From a virus (taxonomy: Duplodnaviria > Caudoviricetes): a stretch of DNA of 29,909 nt. The notes under the pieces were generated by a model. It worked only from the letters and a program-made list of their open reading frames with translations. It made no database searches and had not been told where the DNA came from. Made by a program: the position numbers and the translations under genes. Location of the stretch: the IMG/VR virus record IMGVR_UViG_3300046777_000118, positions 1-29,909 of that record, one strand, 5' to 3'. Shown in pieces: positions 15,431-24,070 of the stretch; the stretch's first letter is position 1; each line of letters starts with the position of its first letter.

Positions 15431-15682
15431 ATGGAAACAGGTGCGCTCGTTTGGAACTTGATTACATCGTTTTTTGTGGCCCTCGTGATGTTTATGCTTA
15501 AGCATGCTTCTGATGAACAAAAGCGGATTCAGATTTTGCTAAACCGAACAAGAGAAGAAATCGCTCGTGACCACATCACTCGTGCAGAAGTTCGTGCAGA
15601 CCTTGAAAGAATTATGGAACGCTTCGATGCAGGCTTTGAGCGGCTTGAAGCAAAGATTGACCAGCTTGCTAAGAAGGGGTAG
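15431..15682 (+). CDS. Membrane-anchored coiled-coil protein (possible holin-like)
   Basis: N-terminal hydrophobic helix followed by a coiled coil. Confidence 0.55.
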   Translation: METGALVWNLITSFFVALVMFMLKHASDEQKRIQILLNRTREEIARDHITRAEVRADLERIMERFDAGFERLEAKIDQLAKKG

Positions 15683-15684
15683 AG

Positions 15685-15978
15685 ATGCCAGCGGTCAGTG
15701 ATAAGCAAGAGAAGTTCATGCAAGCTGTGGCTCACAATCCTAAGTTTGCAAAGAAGGTAGGTGTCCCTCAATCTGTTGGTAAGGAGTTTACGGGTATGAA
15801 AAAGATGAACATGGGCGGCATGGCCGCAAGCAAGATGGGCGCTGTTAAGACTGCTGCCCCCAGCAAAGACGGCATTGCTATGAAGGGTAAAACCAAAGGC
15901 AAGCAGATCAAGATGGCTGGCGGTGGCAAGATGCCCGCTATGAAGAAGGGCGGTTATATGAAGGGCGGGAGTTGCTAA
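15685..15978 (+). CDS. Small Lys/Gly/Met-rich protein
   Basis: 97 aa; AAGGGG RBS; operonic packing. Confidence 0.7.
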   Translation: MPAVSDKQEKFMQAVAHNPKFAKKVGVPQSVGKEFTGMKKMNMGGMAASKMGAVKTAAPSKDGIAMKGKTKGKQIKMAGGGKMPAMKKGGYMKGGSC

Positions 15979-15979
15979 A

Positions 15980-16255
15980 GTGATGGCGTCTCGCGGGATG
16001 GGGTGCATAGCCCCTTCTAAAATGCCCTCCGCTAAGCGTAAAGCTAGGCGAGACGATACTGATTTCGATCAGTACGCTGAAGGTGGCAAAGTTAATGCAG
16101 CGGGTAATTACACCAAGCCTGGGTTACGTAAGAAGATCGTATCTCAAGTTAAGGCCGCAGCGACTCATGGCACTAAGGCAGGACAATGGTCCGCGAGGAA
16201 AGCTCAACTCGTAGCTAAGAAGTACAAAGCTGCGGGCGGAGGCTACCGAGATTGA
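15980..16255 (+). CDS. Small basic protein (DUF5872-like N-terminal half)
   Basis: NYTKP.LR...GQWSARKAQL.AK.YK..GGGY motif; start GTG 15980 or ATG 15983. Confidence 0.65.
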   Translation: MMASRGMGCIAPSKMPSAKRKARRDDTDFDQYAEGGKVNAAGNYTKPGLRKKIVSQVKAAATHGTKAGQWSARKAQLVAKKYKAAGGGYRD

Positions 16256-16485
16256 AAGCACCGCAACAGTCGCTGAAAGACTGGGGGGACCAGAAATGGC
16301 GGACCAAAAGTGGTAAACCGTCTAGCAAAACTGGCGAGCGATACCTCCCGTCGGCGGCAATTAATGCACTTAGCCCTGCTGAATACGCAGCAACAACAAA
16401 GGCAAAACGCGCTGGAAAAAGTGCAGGTAAGCAGTTTGTCAAACAACCGGCAAAAATTGCCGCAAAGACTGCGAGATATAGATGA
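16252..16485 (+). CDS. Small basic protein (DUF5872-like C-terminal half)
   Basis: QQSLKDW..QKW.TKSG...ERYLP motif; TTG start overlapping the upstream TGA, with GGAGG upstream. Confidence 0.65.
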   Translation: MKAPQQSLKDWGDQKWRTKSGKPSSKTGERYLPSAAINALSPAEYAATTKAKRAGKSAGKQFVKQPAKIAAKTARYR

Positions 16486-17246
16486 CCACTAGCGGCGCAA
16501 CAGACTTCACCCCAGAATTTACGGAGATCGCTGAAGAAGCGTTTGAACGGGCTGGGCGTGAGATGCGTTCAGGTTATGACTTGCGGACTGCTCGCAGGTC
16601 GATGAATTTACTGACGATTGAGTGGGCAAATCGTGGCATTAACATGTGGACGATTGAACAAGGGACTGTTAACCTTGTACAAGGCACTGCGACGTACGAT
16701 CTACCGAACGACACCATTGACCTGCTTGAACACGTTATAAGGACAGGAGCTGGAAATTCCTCAACGCAAGCTGACCTTACACTTACAAGGATTAGTGTCT
16801 CCACCTACGCCACAATCCCAAACAAACTTGCTCAAGCCAGACCGATACAGATTTACGTCCAACGGCTCTCTGGACAGACCTACCCAGCAACAAGCAACTA
16901 CGAACCCTCAGACACGGCGAACCCCCGATTCACAGTTTGGCCTGTCCCTGACCAAGGTACACAAGGCTCTCCGTACTACCAAGTAGTTTATTGGCGCATG
17001 CGCCGTATACAGGATGCTGGGTCTGGTATCCAGACGCCTGATATGTCATTTAGGTTTTACCCCTGCTTGATGGCAGGGCTGGCTTATTACATTGCCCAGA
17101 AGATTCCTGAAGGTCAAGAGCGTTTGCAGTTTTTACGGGCTGAGTATGAGCAGCAGATGACCTACGCTACTGGCGAGGATCGTGAAAAAGCAGCTGTTCG
17201 GTTTGTTCCCCGGCGCATGTATTTGGGCAACACCGGGAGCTTCTGA
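16482..17246 (+). CDS. Putative head-tail adaptor / virion protein
   Basis: 254 aa; ARRSMNLL..EWANRG.N.W and WPVPD motifs; position after the head genes. Confidence 0.6.
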   Translation: MTTSGATDFTPEFTEIAEEAFERAGREMRSGYDLRTARRSMNLLTIEWANRGINMWTIEQGTVNLVQGTATYDLPNDTIDLLEHVIRTGAGNSSTQADLTLTRISVSTYATIPNKLAQARPIQIYVQRLSGQTYPATSNYEPSDTANPRFTVWPVPDQGTQGSPYYQVVYWRMRRIQDAGSGIQTPDMSFRFYPCLMAGLAYYIAQKIPEGQERLQFLRAEYEQQMTYATGEDREKAAVRFVPRRMYLGNTGSF

Positions 17247-17620
17247 TGCCTAATCAGTTCGCCTCTGGTAAATGGGCGATAGCGCAGTGTGATCGGTGCA
17301 ACTTCCGTTTTAAGCTAAAACAGCTTAAGACCTTGGTTATTAAGACCAAAAACGTTAATATCTTGGTGTGTCCTGAATGTTGGGAGCCTGACCAACCACA
17401 GTTGCAACTTGGGATGTACCCTGTCTATGATCCGCAAGCTATTCGCAATCCAAGACCTGATGCGCCATCTTATTATGTTCCAGCTCCTGGCGGAGATGGT
17501 GGCTCTCGTGTCATTGAGTGGGGCTTTAATCCTGTGGGCATGGCACGATGGTTCGACGCTGCCCTGACGCCAAATCACTTGGTCAGTTTTGCAGAAGTTG
17601 GTTCAGTTACCGTTTCTTAG
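17246..17620 (+). CDS. Zinc-binding hypothetical protein
   Basis: CDRC...CPECWEP.QPQL motif. Confidence 0.7.
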   Translation: MPNQFASGKWAIAQCDRCNFRFKLKQLKTLVIKTKNVNILVCPECWEPDQPQLQLGMYPVYDPQAIRNPRPDAPSYYVPAPGGDGGSRVIEWGFNPVGMARWFDAALTPNHLVSFAEVGSVTVS

Positions 17621-17626
17621 GAGTCC

Positions 17627-17803
17627 ATGATGGATAAGAAAGATTTAGCGCAAGACAAAAAGATGGTAGCCGGTGCAGTGCACAAGCATGAACGTGCCAA
17701 GCATAAAGGTCAGCCCCTGACTAAGCTCAAGAAGGGTGGCCCTACGGGTATGGACATGCGGAAGATGGGTCGTAACTTGGCTCGCGCACGTAACCAGGGG
17801 TAA
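17627..17803 (+). CDS. Small basic protein (58 aa)
   Basis: Not in the ORF track. MMDKKDLAQDKKMV...KLKKGGPTG...ARNQG; AGGAG RBS; fills the intergenic gap. Confidence 0.7.
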   Translation: MMDKKDLAQDKKMVAGAVHKHERAKHKGQPLTKLKKGGPTGMDMRKMGRNLARARNQG

Positions 17804-17806
17804 GAC

Positions 17807-18070
17807 ATGGCTAAGTACAGTATGAAAAAAGGTGGGAAAGAAGTTGGTCCTGCCTCAACTTATGCGGAGCCGCATACCATGGCTGGTAAAAAGACTAAGG
17901 TTGAAGCTAACCCAGGTTCTGGTCCAGACCACCGCAATACCGACACGCTGCGTATGAGCGTTGGTGCTTACACCAACCGTGAGAATAATGCAGTCAAGAC
18001 CTCTGGGATCAAGATGCGTGGTGCAGGTGCTGCGACTAAAGGTACGATGAGCAGGGGACCGATGGCGTGA
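17807..18070 (+). CDS. Small basic protein (87 aa)
   Basis: C-terminal MRGAGAATKG...RGPMA; overlaps the next start. Confidence 0.7.
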   Translation: MAKYSMKKGGKEVGPASTYAEPHTMAGKKTKVEANPGSGPDHRNTDTLRMSVGAYTNRENNAVKTSGIKMRGAGAATKGTMSRGPMA

Positions 18071-18726
18071 ATTACAGCCAGCTCGTTACAGCGGTTCAGG
18101 ATTATGTGGAGAATATTTTCTCCACGACTGACATTGATACCATCATTCGTCAGGCAGAGCAGCGCATCTATAACTCGGTGCAGTTGCCTAATCTTCGTCG
18201 CAACGTAACGGGTACGGTTACGATAGGTAATAAGTATCTTCAGTGCCCTACAGACTTTTTGTCGCCTTACAGCATGGCGGCAATCCACCCAACAACGGGT
18301 GAGTATCACTATTTATTGAACAAAGACGTTAACTTTATCCGTGAGGCGTATCCGTCTCCCACATCTACAGGCTTACCAAAACACTACGCTATCTTTGGTC
18401 CTGACTACAACGCTCCACGAGAGCTGACATTTTTACTTGGTCCAACGCCTAACTTGGCGTACACCATGGAGTTGCATTACTACTTTTATCCTGAATCTAT
18501 TGTGGACGCATCTTCAGGTCAGACTTGGCTTAGTGATAACTTTGATTCGGTGTTGCTGTATGGGTCGATCCGCGAGGCTTATATCTTCTTGAAGGGTGAG
18601 CCGGATATGATTGCGGCTGTGGATAAGATGTACGGTGAAGCGATGGCGCTCCTTAAACAGCTTGGTGATGCTAAAGACCGTCAGGATGCTTATCGTTCTG
18701 GTCAGGTTCGGTATCCGGTAAAGTAA
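18067..18726 (+). CDS. Putative head-tail connector/adaptor protein
   Basis: MNYSQL..AVQDY.E...I.QAEQRI, G.P..YA, LGPTP and LLYGS..EAY.FLKG motifs; GTG start. Confidence 0.65.
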   Translation: MNYSQLVTAVQDYVENIFSTTDIDTIIRQAEQRIYNSVQLPNLRRNVTGTVTIGNKYLQCPTDFLSPYSMAAIHPTTGEYHYLLNKDVNFIREAYPSPTSTGLPKHYAIFGPDYNAPRELTFLLGPTPNLAYTMELHYYFYPESIVDASSGQTWLSDNFDSVLLYGSIREAYIFLKGEPDMIAAVDKMYGEAMALLKQLGDAKDRQDAYRSGQVRYPVK

Positions 18727-18727
18727 T

Positions 18728-19162
18728 ATGGCAATCATCCAGACAGCGTGTACAAGTTATAAAGCGGAGCTTGCCCAGGGGTTACACAACTTTACGGCGA
18801 CAACAGGAAATGTTTTCAAAATCGCTTTGTACCTCTCCTCTGCCACCCTCGGTGCAGATACAACCGTTTACTCATCCGCTGGGGAAGTATCGACGAGTGG
18901 AACCAATTACACAGCTGGCGGTATTGCACTCACAAACATCACACCAACGACAAGCGGAACCACCGCTTACTGGTCATTTCAGACAGCTACTTTTAGCAGC
19001 GTTACCCTTTCCTGTGCCGGAGCATTGATCTACAATTCCACTAATGGAAACCGTGCAGTATGTGTTCTGAATTTCGGTAGTACGATTACCAAAGTTGCAC
19101 AGGACTTGGTGATTACATTCCCAGCCGCGTCAGCCACTGACGCAATTCTTCGCATAGAGTAG
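18728..19162 (+). CDS. Tail/fibre-associated structural protein
   Basis: 144 aa; FKIALY...EVS.SG..YTAGG...GALIYN pattern. Confidence 0.65.
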   Translation: MAIIQTACTSYKAELAQGLHNFTATTGNVFKIALYLSSATLGADTTVYSSAGEVSTSGTNYTAGGIALTNITPTTSGTTAYWSFQTATFSSVTLSCAGALIYNSTNGNRAVCVLNFGSTITKVAQDLVITFPAASATDAILRIE

Positions 19163-19171
19163 GAGTAAATC

Positions 19172-19741
19172 ATGAAAGATCACGCAACTAAAGCGGATCG
19201 TTTTGAAGCCTCGGTGGTTAATTCTGCTTTGGCGGCGGCGCATACAAAGGTCGGTGGCGTTTTCACCGTAGAGTGTTACGACGCTAACGGTCAGCTTAAA
19301 TGGAAGGATGACTTCCACAACTTGGTGGTGAACCAAGGTTTAGCTGATATGAACAACAAGTACTTTACCGGCACCACGTATACGGCGACTTGGTATATTG
19401 GCTTGATTAATAACAGCCCTTCGCCTACCCTTGCTGCTGGTGATACAGCGGCATCTCATGCTGGCTGGACAGAGTTTACTGGTTACTCACAATCCAATCG
19501 TCCTACGTTATCGTTTGGCTCTTCCACTTCGGCAGATCCTTCGGTGATCTCAACATCTTCGGCTGCTGCATTCAGCATCACTTCAACAGCGACGATCTAC
19601 GGTGCGTTTGTTATTTCCAACAACACCAAGAGCGGCACATCGGGTGTGTTGTTTTCAGAGGGTGCGTTTGCTGCAACCCGCTCAGTGGTTAACGGCGACA
19701 CACTAAACGTGTCGTATTCATTGTCTAACGACGCTGCATAA
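19172..19741 (+). CDS. Tail/fibre-associated structural protein
   Basis: 189 aa; NLVVN.G...WYIGL...GDTLNVSY pattern; AGGAG RBS. Confidence 0.65.
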   Translation: MKDHATKADRFEASVVNSALAAAHTKVGGVFTVECYDANGQLKWKDDFHNLVVNQGLADMNNKYFTGTTYTATWYIGLINNSPSPTLAAGDTAASHAGWTEFTGYSQSNRPTLSFGSSTSADPSVISTSSAAAFSITSTATIYGAFVISNNTKSGTSGVLFSEGAFAATRSVVNGDTLNVSYSLSNDAA

Positions 19742-19751
19742 GGAAAACATC

Positions 19752-19931
19752 ATGCCTGCTGCATTTCATGTTGGTGAGATTGTTAAGGTCAATACGCCAA
19801 TCCCTGAAGGTCCAGTTCTTCAGATCGGTGTGGATCAACAAGGCAACATCAATTACTTGGTTGAGTTTGTTGAATACGACCAGACGCAACAGCGTTGGTT
19901 CAATGAAGATCAGCTCATTGCGGTGACCTAA
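19752..19931 (+). CDS. Small SH3-like (YodC/DUF2158-like) protein, 59 aa
   Basis: Not in the ORF track. MPAAFHVGEIVKV...EGPV...RWFNEDQL; AAGGA RBS; TAATG overlap with the next gene. Confidence 0.65.
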   Translation: MPAAFHVGEIVKVNTPIPEGPVLQIGVDQQGNINYLVEFVEYDQTQQRWFNEDQLIAVT

Positions 19932-20275
19932 TGGCTTTTGTTGTTGCCAACCGAGTTAAAGAGACCAGCACTACCGCTGGTACAGGCACATTGACGCTTG
20001 GTGGTGCCGTAACGGGCTATCAGTCATTTGGCGCTGGGATTGGTAACGGTAACAACACGTATTACACCATTGAAGATCCGATAGCTGGTACGTGGGAAGT
20101 TGGGATAGGGACGTACACCTCGTCAGGAACAACGCTATCTAGGGACACGGTCCTTGCGTCAAGCAGTGGGGGATCGCTAGTTAGTTTTGCTGCTAATACG
20201 AAGTTTGTGTTTGTAGATTACCCGTCCAATGCTGCGTTCTTTAACTCCCAGGCGTATGCGTGGTTTAACTCGTAG
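19931..20275 (+). CDS. Tail fibre-associated protein
   Basis: RVKETSTT.GTG...WEVG.GTY...TLSR motif. Confidence 0.65.
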   Translation: MAFVVANRVKETSTTAGTGTLTLGGAVTGYQSFGAGIGNGNNTYYTIEDPIAGTWEVGIGTYTSSGTTLSRDTVLASSSGGSLVSFAANTKFVFVDYPSNAAFFNSQAYAWFNS

Positions 20276-20283
20276 AGGACATC

Positions 20284-21132
20284 ATGGCTGTATTAGTTCT
20301 TGATAGCACAGTAAAGACAATCAAGGCGGTGATGTCTGGAGCCGCGACGACAACCAACCCAGACTTTACGGCGCATTACGGTGACTCTAACGGCACAACG
20401 TTTTCCAATGGCGAGAATGATGGTGCTTTAAATGGCACAACGCCTGTTACTTTAGTTTCTGCACCGTCCAGCGGCTCTCAGCGTACGATCAAGTACATCT
20501 CCATTGAGAACCGAGATACCACAGCCAAGACCGTTACGATCTATTTGGATAACAACGGCACGCAAAGAAACATCGCTGTTGTTACGCTCAACCCTGGTGA
20601 TACATGGTCCACGGATGGTACGTTTGATACCAACGGTTCGTTTAAGCAAGTCTTAGGTACGATCAACGTAACGACAGTTACAGGCACACTTCCAATTGCC
20701 AATGGCGGTACAGGTCAGACAACTCAACAAACTGCGCTAAATGCTCTTGCCGGAGCTGTAACGAATGCTCAGTTCTTGAGAGGTAATGGAACTAACGTCT
20801 CAATGTCGGCTATACAAGTATCTGATGTTCCGACGCTGAATCAGAATACAACGGGAACAGCTGCGAATGTAACCGGCACTGTAGCGATTGCCAACGGTGG
20901 AACGGGTCAGACAGCACAGACTGCGGCGTTTGATGCGCTGTCTCCGGCAAATACTAAGGGCGATCTCATTGTCAGCAATGGCACAGACAATGTTCGGTTG
21001 GCTGTCGGTACTGATACTTATGTCTTAACTGCTGACTCAGCGCAATCGACTGGTGTTAAGTGGGCGGCAGCAAGCGGCGGTGGGATTACAACTGGTAAAG
21101 CTATCGCAATGGCGATGATCTTCGGCTTCTGA
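20284..21132 (+). CDS. Tail fibre protein
   Basis: Repeated VTGT..IANGGTG fibre motifs, KGDLIV...RLAVG, C-terminal GKAIAMAMIFG. Confidence 0.7.
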   Translation: MAVLVLDSTVKTIKAVMSGAATTTNPDFTAHYGDSNGTTFSNGENDGALNGTTPVTLVSAPSSGSQRTIKYISIENRDTTAKTVTIYLDNNGTQRNIAVVTLNPGDTWSTDGTFDTNGSFKQVLGTINVTTVTGTLPIANGGTGQTTQQTALNALAGAVTNAQFLRGNGTNVSMSAIQVSDVPTLNQNTTGTAANVTGTVAIANGGTGQTAQTAAFDALSPANTKGDLIVSNGTDNVRLAVGTDTYVLTADSAQSTGVKWAAASGGGITTGKAIAMAMIFGF

Positions 21133-21147
21133 TATAGGATTTAGAAC

Positions 21148-21555
21148 ATGGCAAACCCTAATATTGTCAATGTCACGTCGATTTACGGCAATTCTGCCTA
21201 TGTCATACCGAGTTCAGCGGCGACTAATACCACGACTTGGACATATAACGGTACGACATCACTGACGGGCCTGACCCCTGCGGCAAACACAGTAAACCGT
21301 GTGACGAGTATCACGGTGGCAAACACGACAAGCGCAGCGGCAACGTGTACGGTGGCTATAGGAAACAATGCGACCTTTGGTAGCGCCACGGTGATTTCAT
21401 ACTTTGCTTACCAGATTTCGGTACCTGCTGGGTCCACGTTGATTGTGGTGGATAAGACCAATAGCTTTTATGTTACGGAGAACCAATCAGTTGCCGTTCA
21501 GTCAGGCACAGCGAGTGCGTTGACTTTCCAAGCAACCTTTGAAGCAATCACCTAA
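21148..21555 (+). CDS. Fibre-associated beta protein
   Basis: MANPNIVNVTSIYG...ISVPA.STL pattern. Confidence 0.6.
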   Translation: MANPNIVNVTSIYGNSAYVIPSSAATNTTTWTYNGTTSLTGLTPAANTVNRVTSITVANTTSAAATCTVAIGNNATFGSATVISYFAYQISVPAGSTLIVVDKTNSFYVTENQSVAVQSGTASALTFQATFEAIT

Positions 21556-21557
21556 TC

Positions 21558-24062
21558 ATGCTGGACCGTTTCCTTGGTGGTTATGTAACGGCTAGTCCCA
21601 CAGCCCCGACCCAGACCTCAGCACAAGGGGTATGGGAGCTTGAGCAACAAGCCTCGGCTCAGGTTCAGAATGCGTGGCCTCTACCGCCTAATGTCATACA
21701 GAGATCACTGCGGTTTGATGGGGCAGCTTATCTGGATAGAACTCCTGCTACAGCAAGTAATCGTACGACGTGGACGTGGAGCGGTTGGGTAAAGCTAGGT
21801 TCTTTTGCGGATAGGTCATTCTTTTTTGCAGGCAGTGTTTCATCCCCGCCTTATGTTCTTGTAGGTATAAATGGCTCCGGCGCGTTTTTTACAGATTATT
21901 TTTCATCTGCCGGGGTCGTTGGTTGGAGGAAAACAAGCTCTTCGGTTTATAGAGACCCTTCGGCGTGGTACCACTTTGTGGTTTCCGTCGACACGACATT
22001 AGGAACGCCTTCAGACCGCGTGAAGCTATATGTTAACGGTACGCAGATAACGTCATTTTCAAGTTCCACAGACCCCAGTACGAGCGCAACAGCGGCTGTT
22101 AACAACACCGTAATCCATAATATTGGCCGATATGTGACCGGCGGTTATATGGACGGCTACATGACAGAAATCAACTTCGTTGACGGTCAACAGTTAACCC
22201 CATCCTCCTTTGGCGAAACCGATCCCCAGACAGGCGTATGGATACCTAAAGTCTACACAGGCAGCTACGGCACGAATGGCTTTAGGCTAAGGTTCAACAA
22301 CAACAGCAGCACGACAGCATTAGGCTACGACACATCAGGCAACGGTAATAACTGGACACCTAATAACTTCTCTGTCACCGCAGGATCAGGTAACGACTCT
22401 ATGTTAGATGTGCCGAGTCTGTACGGCACAGATACGGGTCTAGGCGGCGAGGTGAGGGGGAATTACTGTACGCTGAATCCGCTTGCATCGGCGCTTACAG
22501 GTCTTAACAACGGAAACCTAAACTCAGGAACTTCTGGCGCGGCAAACTGGAAGCACTGCCGCTCTACTTTTGGTTTGACATCGGGAAAATGGTATTGGGA
22601 ATGCCTTGTTTCTGGCGCTCCTGATGGGTCTAATGGCTATCAAGCCGGTGTCTTAACAGATTCTGCAAGTCTTACGGCAGACCCAAATTCTGCGTCAACA
22701 GGATTTTATACGAGACAAAGTACGAACAAATATGCAAATGGAACCCGGACGGACCCGTATTTCACTAGCACTGTCGCTAATGATATTTTGATGTTTGCAT
22801 TTGATGCCGACACCGGAAAAATGTGGAATGGAAAAAACGGCGTTTGGGAAGTGTCCGGCAATCCAACGGCAGGAACAGGGGAAAATTGGTCAAGTGTTCC
22901 GTCTGGAGTGTTTCCTATGGCGGGGATTTATGGATCTTCTATAACAATTACGCCTAACTTCGGCCAACGCCCATTTGCTTACACCGCACCATCAGGATTT
23001 AAGGCGCTGTGTACGACGAACTTATCCGCGCCGAGTATTGGTCAAACGTCAACGAATCAAGCAGGGGATTACTTCAATACCGTCCTGTACACGGGTACAG
23101 GCTCTTCCCTTTCAGTCACCGGCACAGGCTTCCAGCCCGATCTGGTGTGGATCAAGTCACGCTCGGCAGCAACAGATCATGCGCTTTACGATGCTGTTCG
23201 TGGCGTACAAAAGCAGCTTGAGTCCAACACAACAACTGCCGAAACGACTGAAACAACCGGCCTGACAGCCTTTGGTTCTGATGGCTTTACGGTTGGTGCT
23301 TTAGCTCAGGTCAATACATCAAGTGCTACTTATGTCGCGTGGCAATGGTATGCCGGTGGCTCTACGGTAACAAACACACAAGGAACGATTACAAGTTCAG
23401 TCAGGGCTAACCCGGCTTCTGGGTTTTCTGTTGTGACGTTTACTGGTTCTGCAACTAACAATAGCGTAGGTCACGGACTCGGAATTACACCATCGTTTGT
23501 AATTGTTAAATCAGCAACTGAGGTCGCTTCGTGGGTTGTTTATCATTCGTCCTTAGTTTCAAACGGGCTGTTGATCTTAAACTCAACTGCTGCTGTCGAC
23601 ACCACGATACCAAACTACTGGGGATCTGGCATGACGTCATCGGTTATCGGCGTTTATGCTGGTGGTATTGGAGGAAACAACAGAACCGGCCAAACAATGA
23701 TTGCCTACTGTTTCGCAGCCATCCCCGGCTTCTCAGCGTTTGGTAGCTATACTGGTAACGGCAGCACGGACGGCCCGTTTGTGTACACAGGGTTTAGGCC
23801 GAGGTGGTTGTTAATTAAAACTACTGCGTCAGGGTACGGTTGGCAAATATTTGATACAGCTCGTGCGCCATATAATGTAGTTCAGGTTGGTTTGGATGCA
23901 AACACTTCGGGTGCTGAATACTCCACATCGGTTGCTAACACAGACATATTGTCTAATGGATTCAAAATAAGAACATCTGATCCAAACTGGAATACTTCAA
24001 GCGGCACTTACATCTACGCTGCTTTTGCTGAATATCCCTTCCGACTCGCTTTAGCCCGATAG
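21558..24062 (+). CDS. Concanavalin A-like/LamG plus SPRY-like receptor-binding protein
   Basis: SLRF, WTWSGWVK, RDPSAWYH.V, GKWYWE (SPRY-like) and YTGNG repeats. Confidence 0.75.
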   Translation: MLDRFLGGYVTASPTAPTQTSAQGVWELEQQASAQVQNAWPLPPNVIQRSLRFDGAAYLDRTPATASNRTTWTWSGWVKLGSFADRSFFFAGSVSSPPYVLVGINGSGAFFTDYFSSAGVVGWRKTSSSVYRDPSAWYHFVVSVDTTLGTPSDRVKLYVNGTQITSFSSSTDPSTSATAAVNNTVIHNIGRYVTGGYMDGYMTEINFVDGQQLTPSSFGETDPQTGVWIPKVYTGSYGTNGFRLRFNNNSSTTALGYDTSGNGNNWTPNNFSVTAGSGNDSMLDVPSLYGTDTGLGGEVRGNYCTLNPLASALTGLNNGNLNSGTSGAANWKHCRSTFGLTSGKWYWECLVSGAPDGSNGYQAGVLTDSASLTADPNSASTGFYTRQSTNKYANGTRTDPYFTSTVANDILMFAFDADTGKMWNGKNGVWEVSGNPTAGTGENWSSVPSGVFPMAGIYGSSITITPNFGQRPFAYTAPSGFKALCTTNLSAPSIGQTSTNQAGDYFNTVLYTGTGSSLSVTGTGFQPDLVWIKSRSAATDHALYDAVRGVQKQLESNTTTAETTETTGLTAFGSDGFTVGALAQVNTSSATYVAWQWYAGGSTVTNTQGTITSSVRANPASGFSVVTFTGSATNNSVGHGLGITPSFVIVKSATEVASWVVYHSSLVSNGLLILNSTAAVDTTIPNYWGSGMTSSVIGVYAGGIGGNNRTGQTMIAYCFAAIPGFSAFGSYTGNGSTDGPFVYTGFRPRWLLIKTTASGYGWQIFDTARAPYNVVQVGLDANTSGAEYSTSVANTDILSNGFKIRTSDPNWNTSSGTYIYAAFAEYPFRLALAR

Positions 24063-24070
24063 GAAAACGT

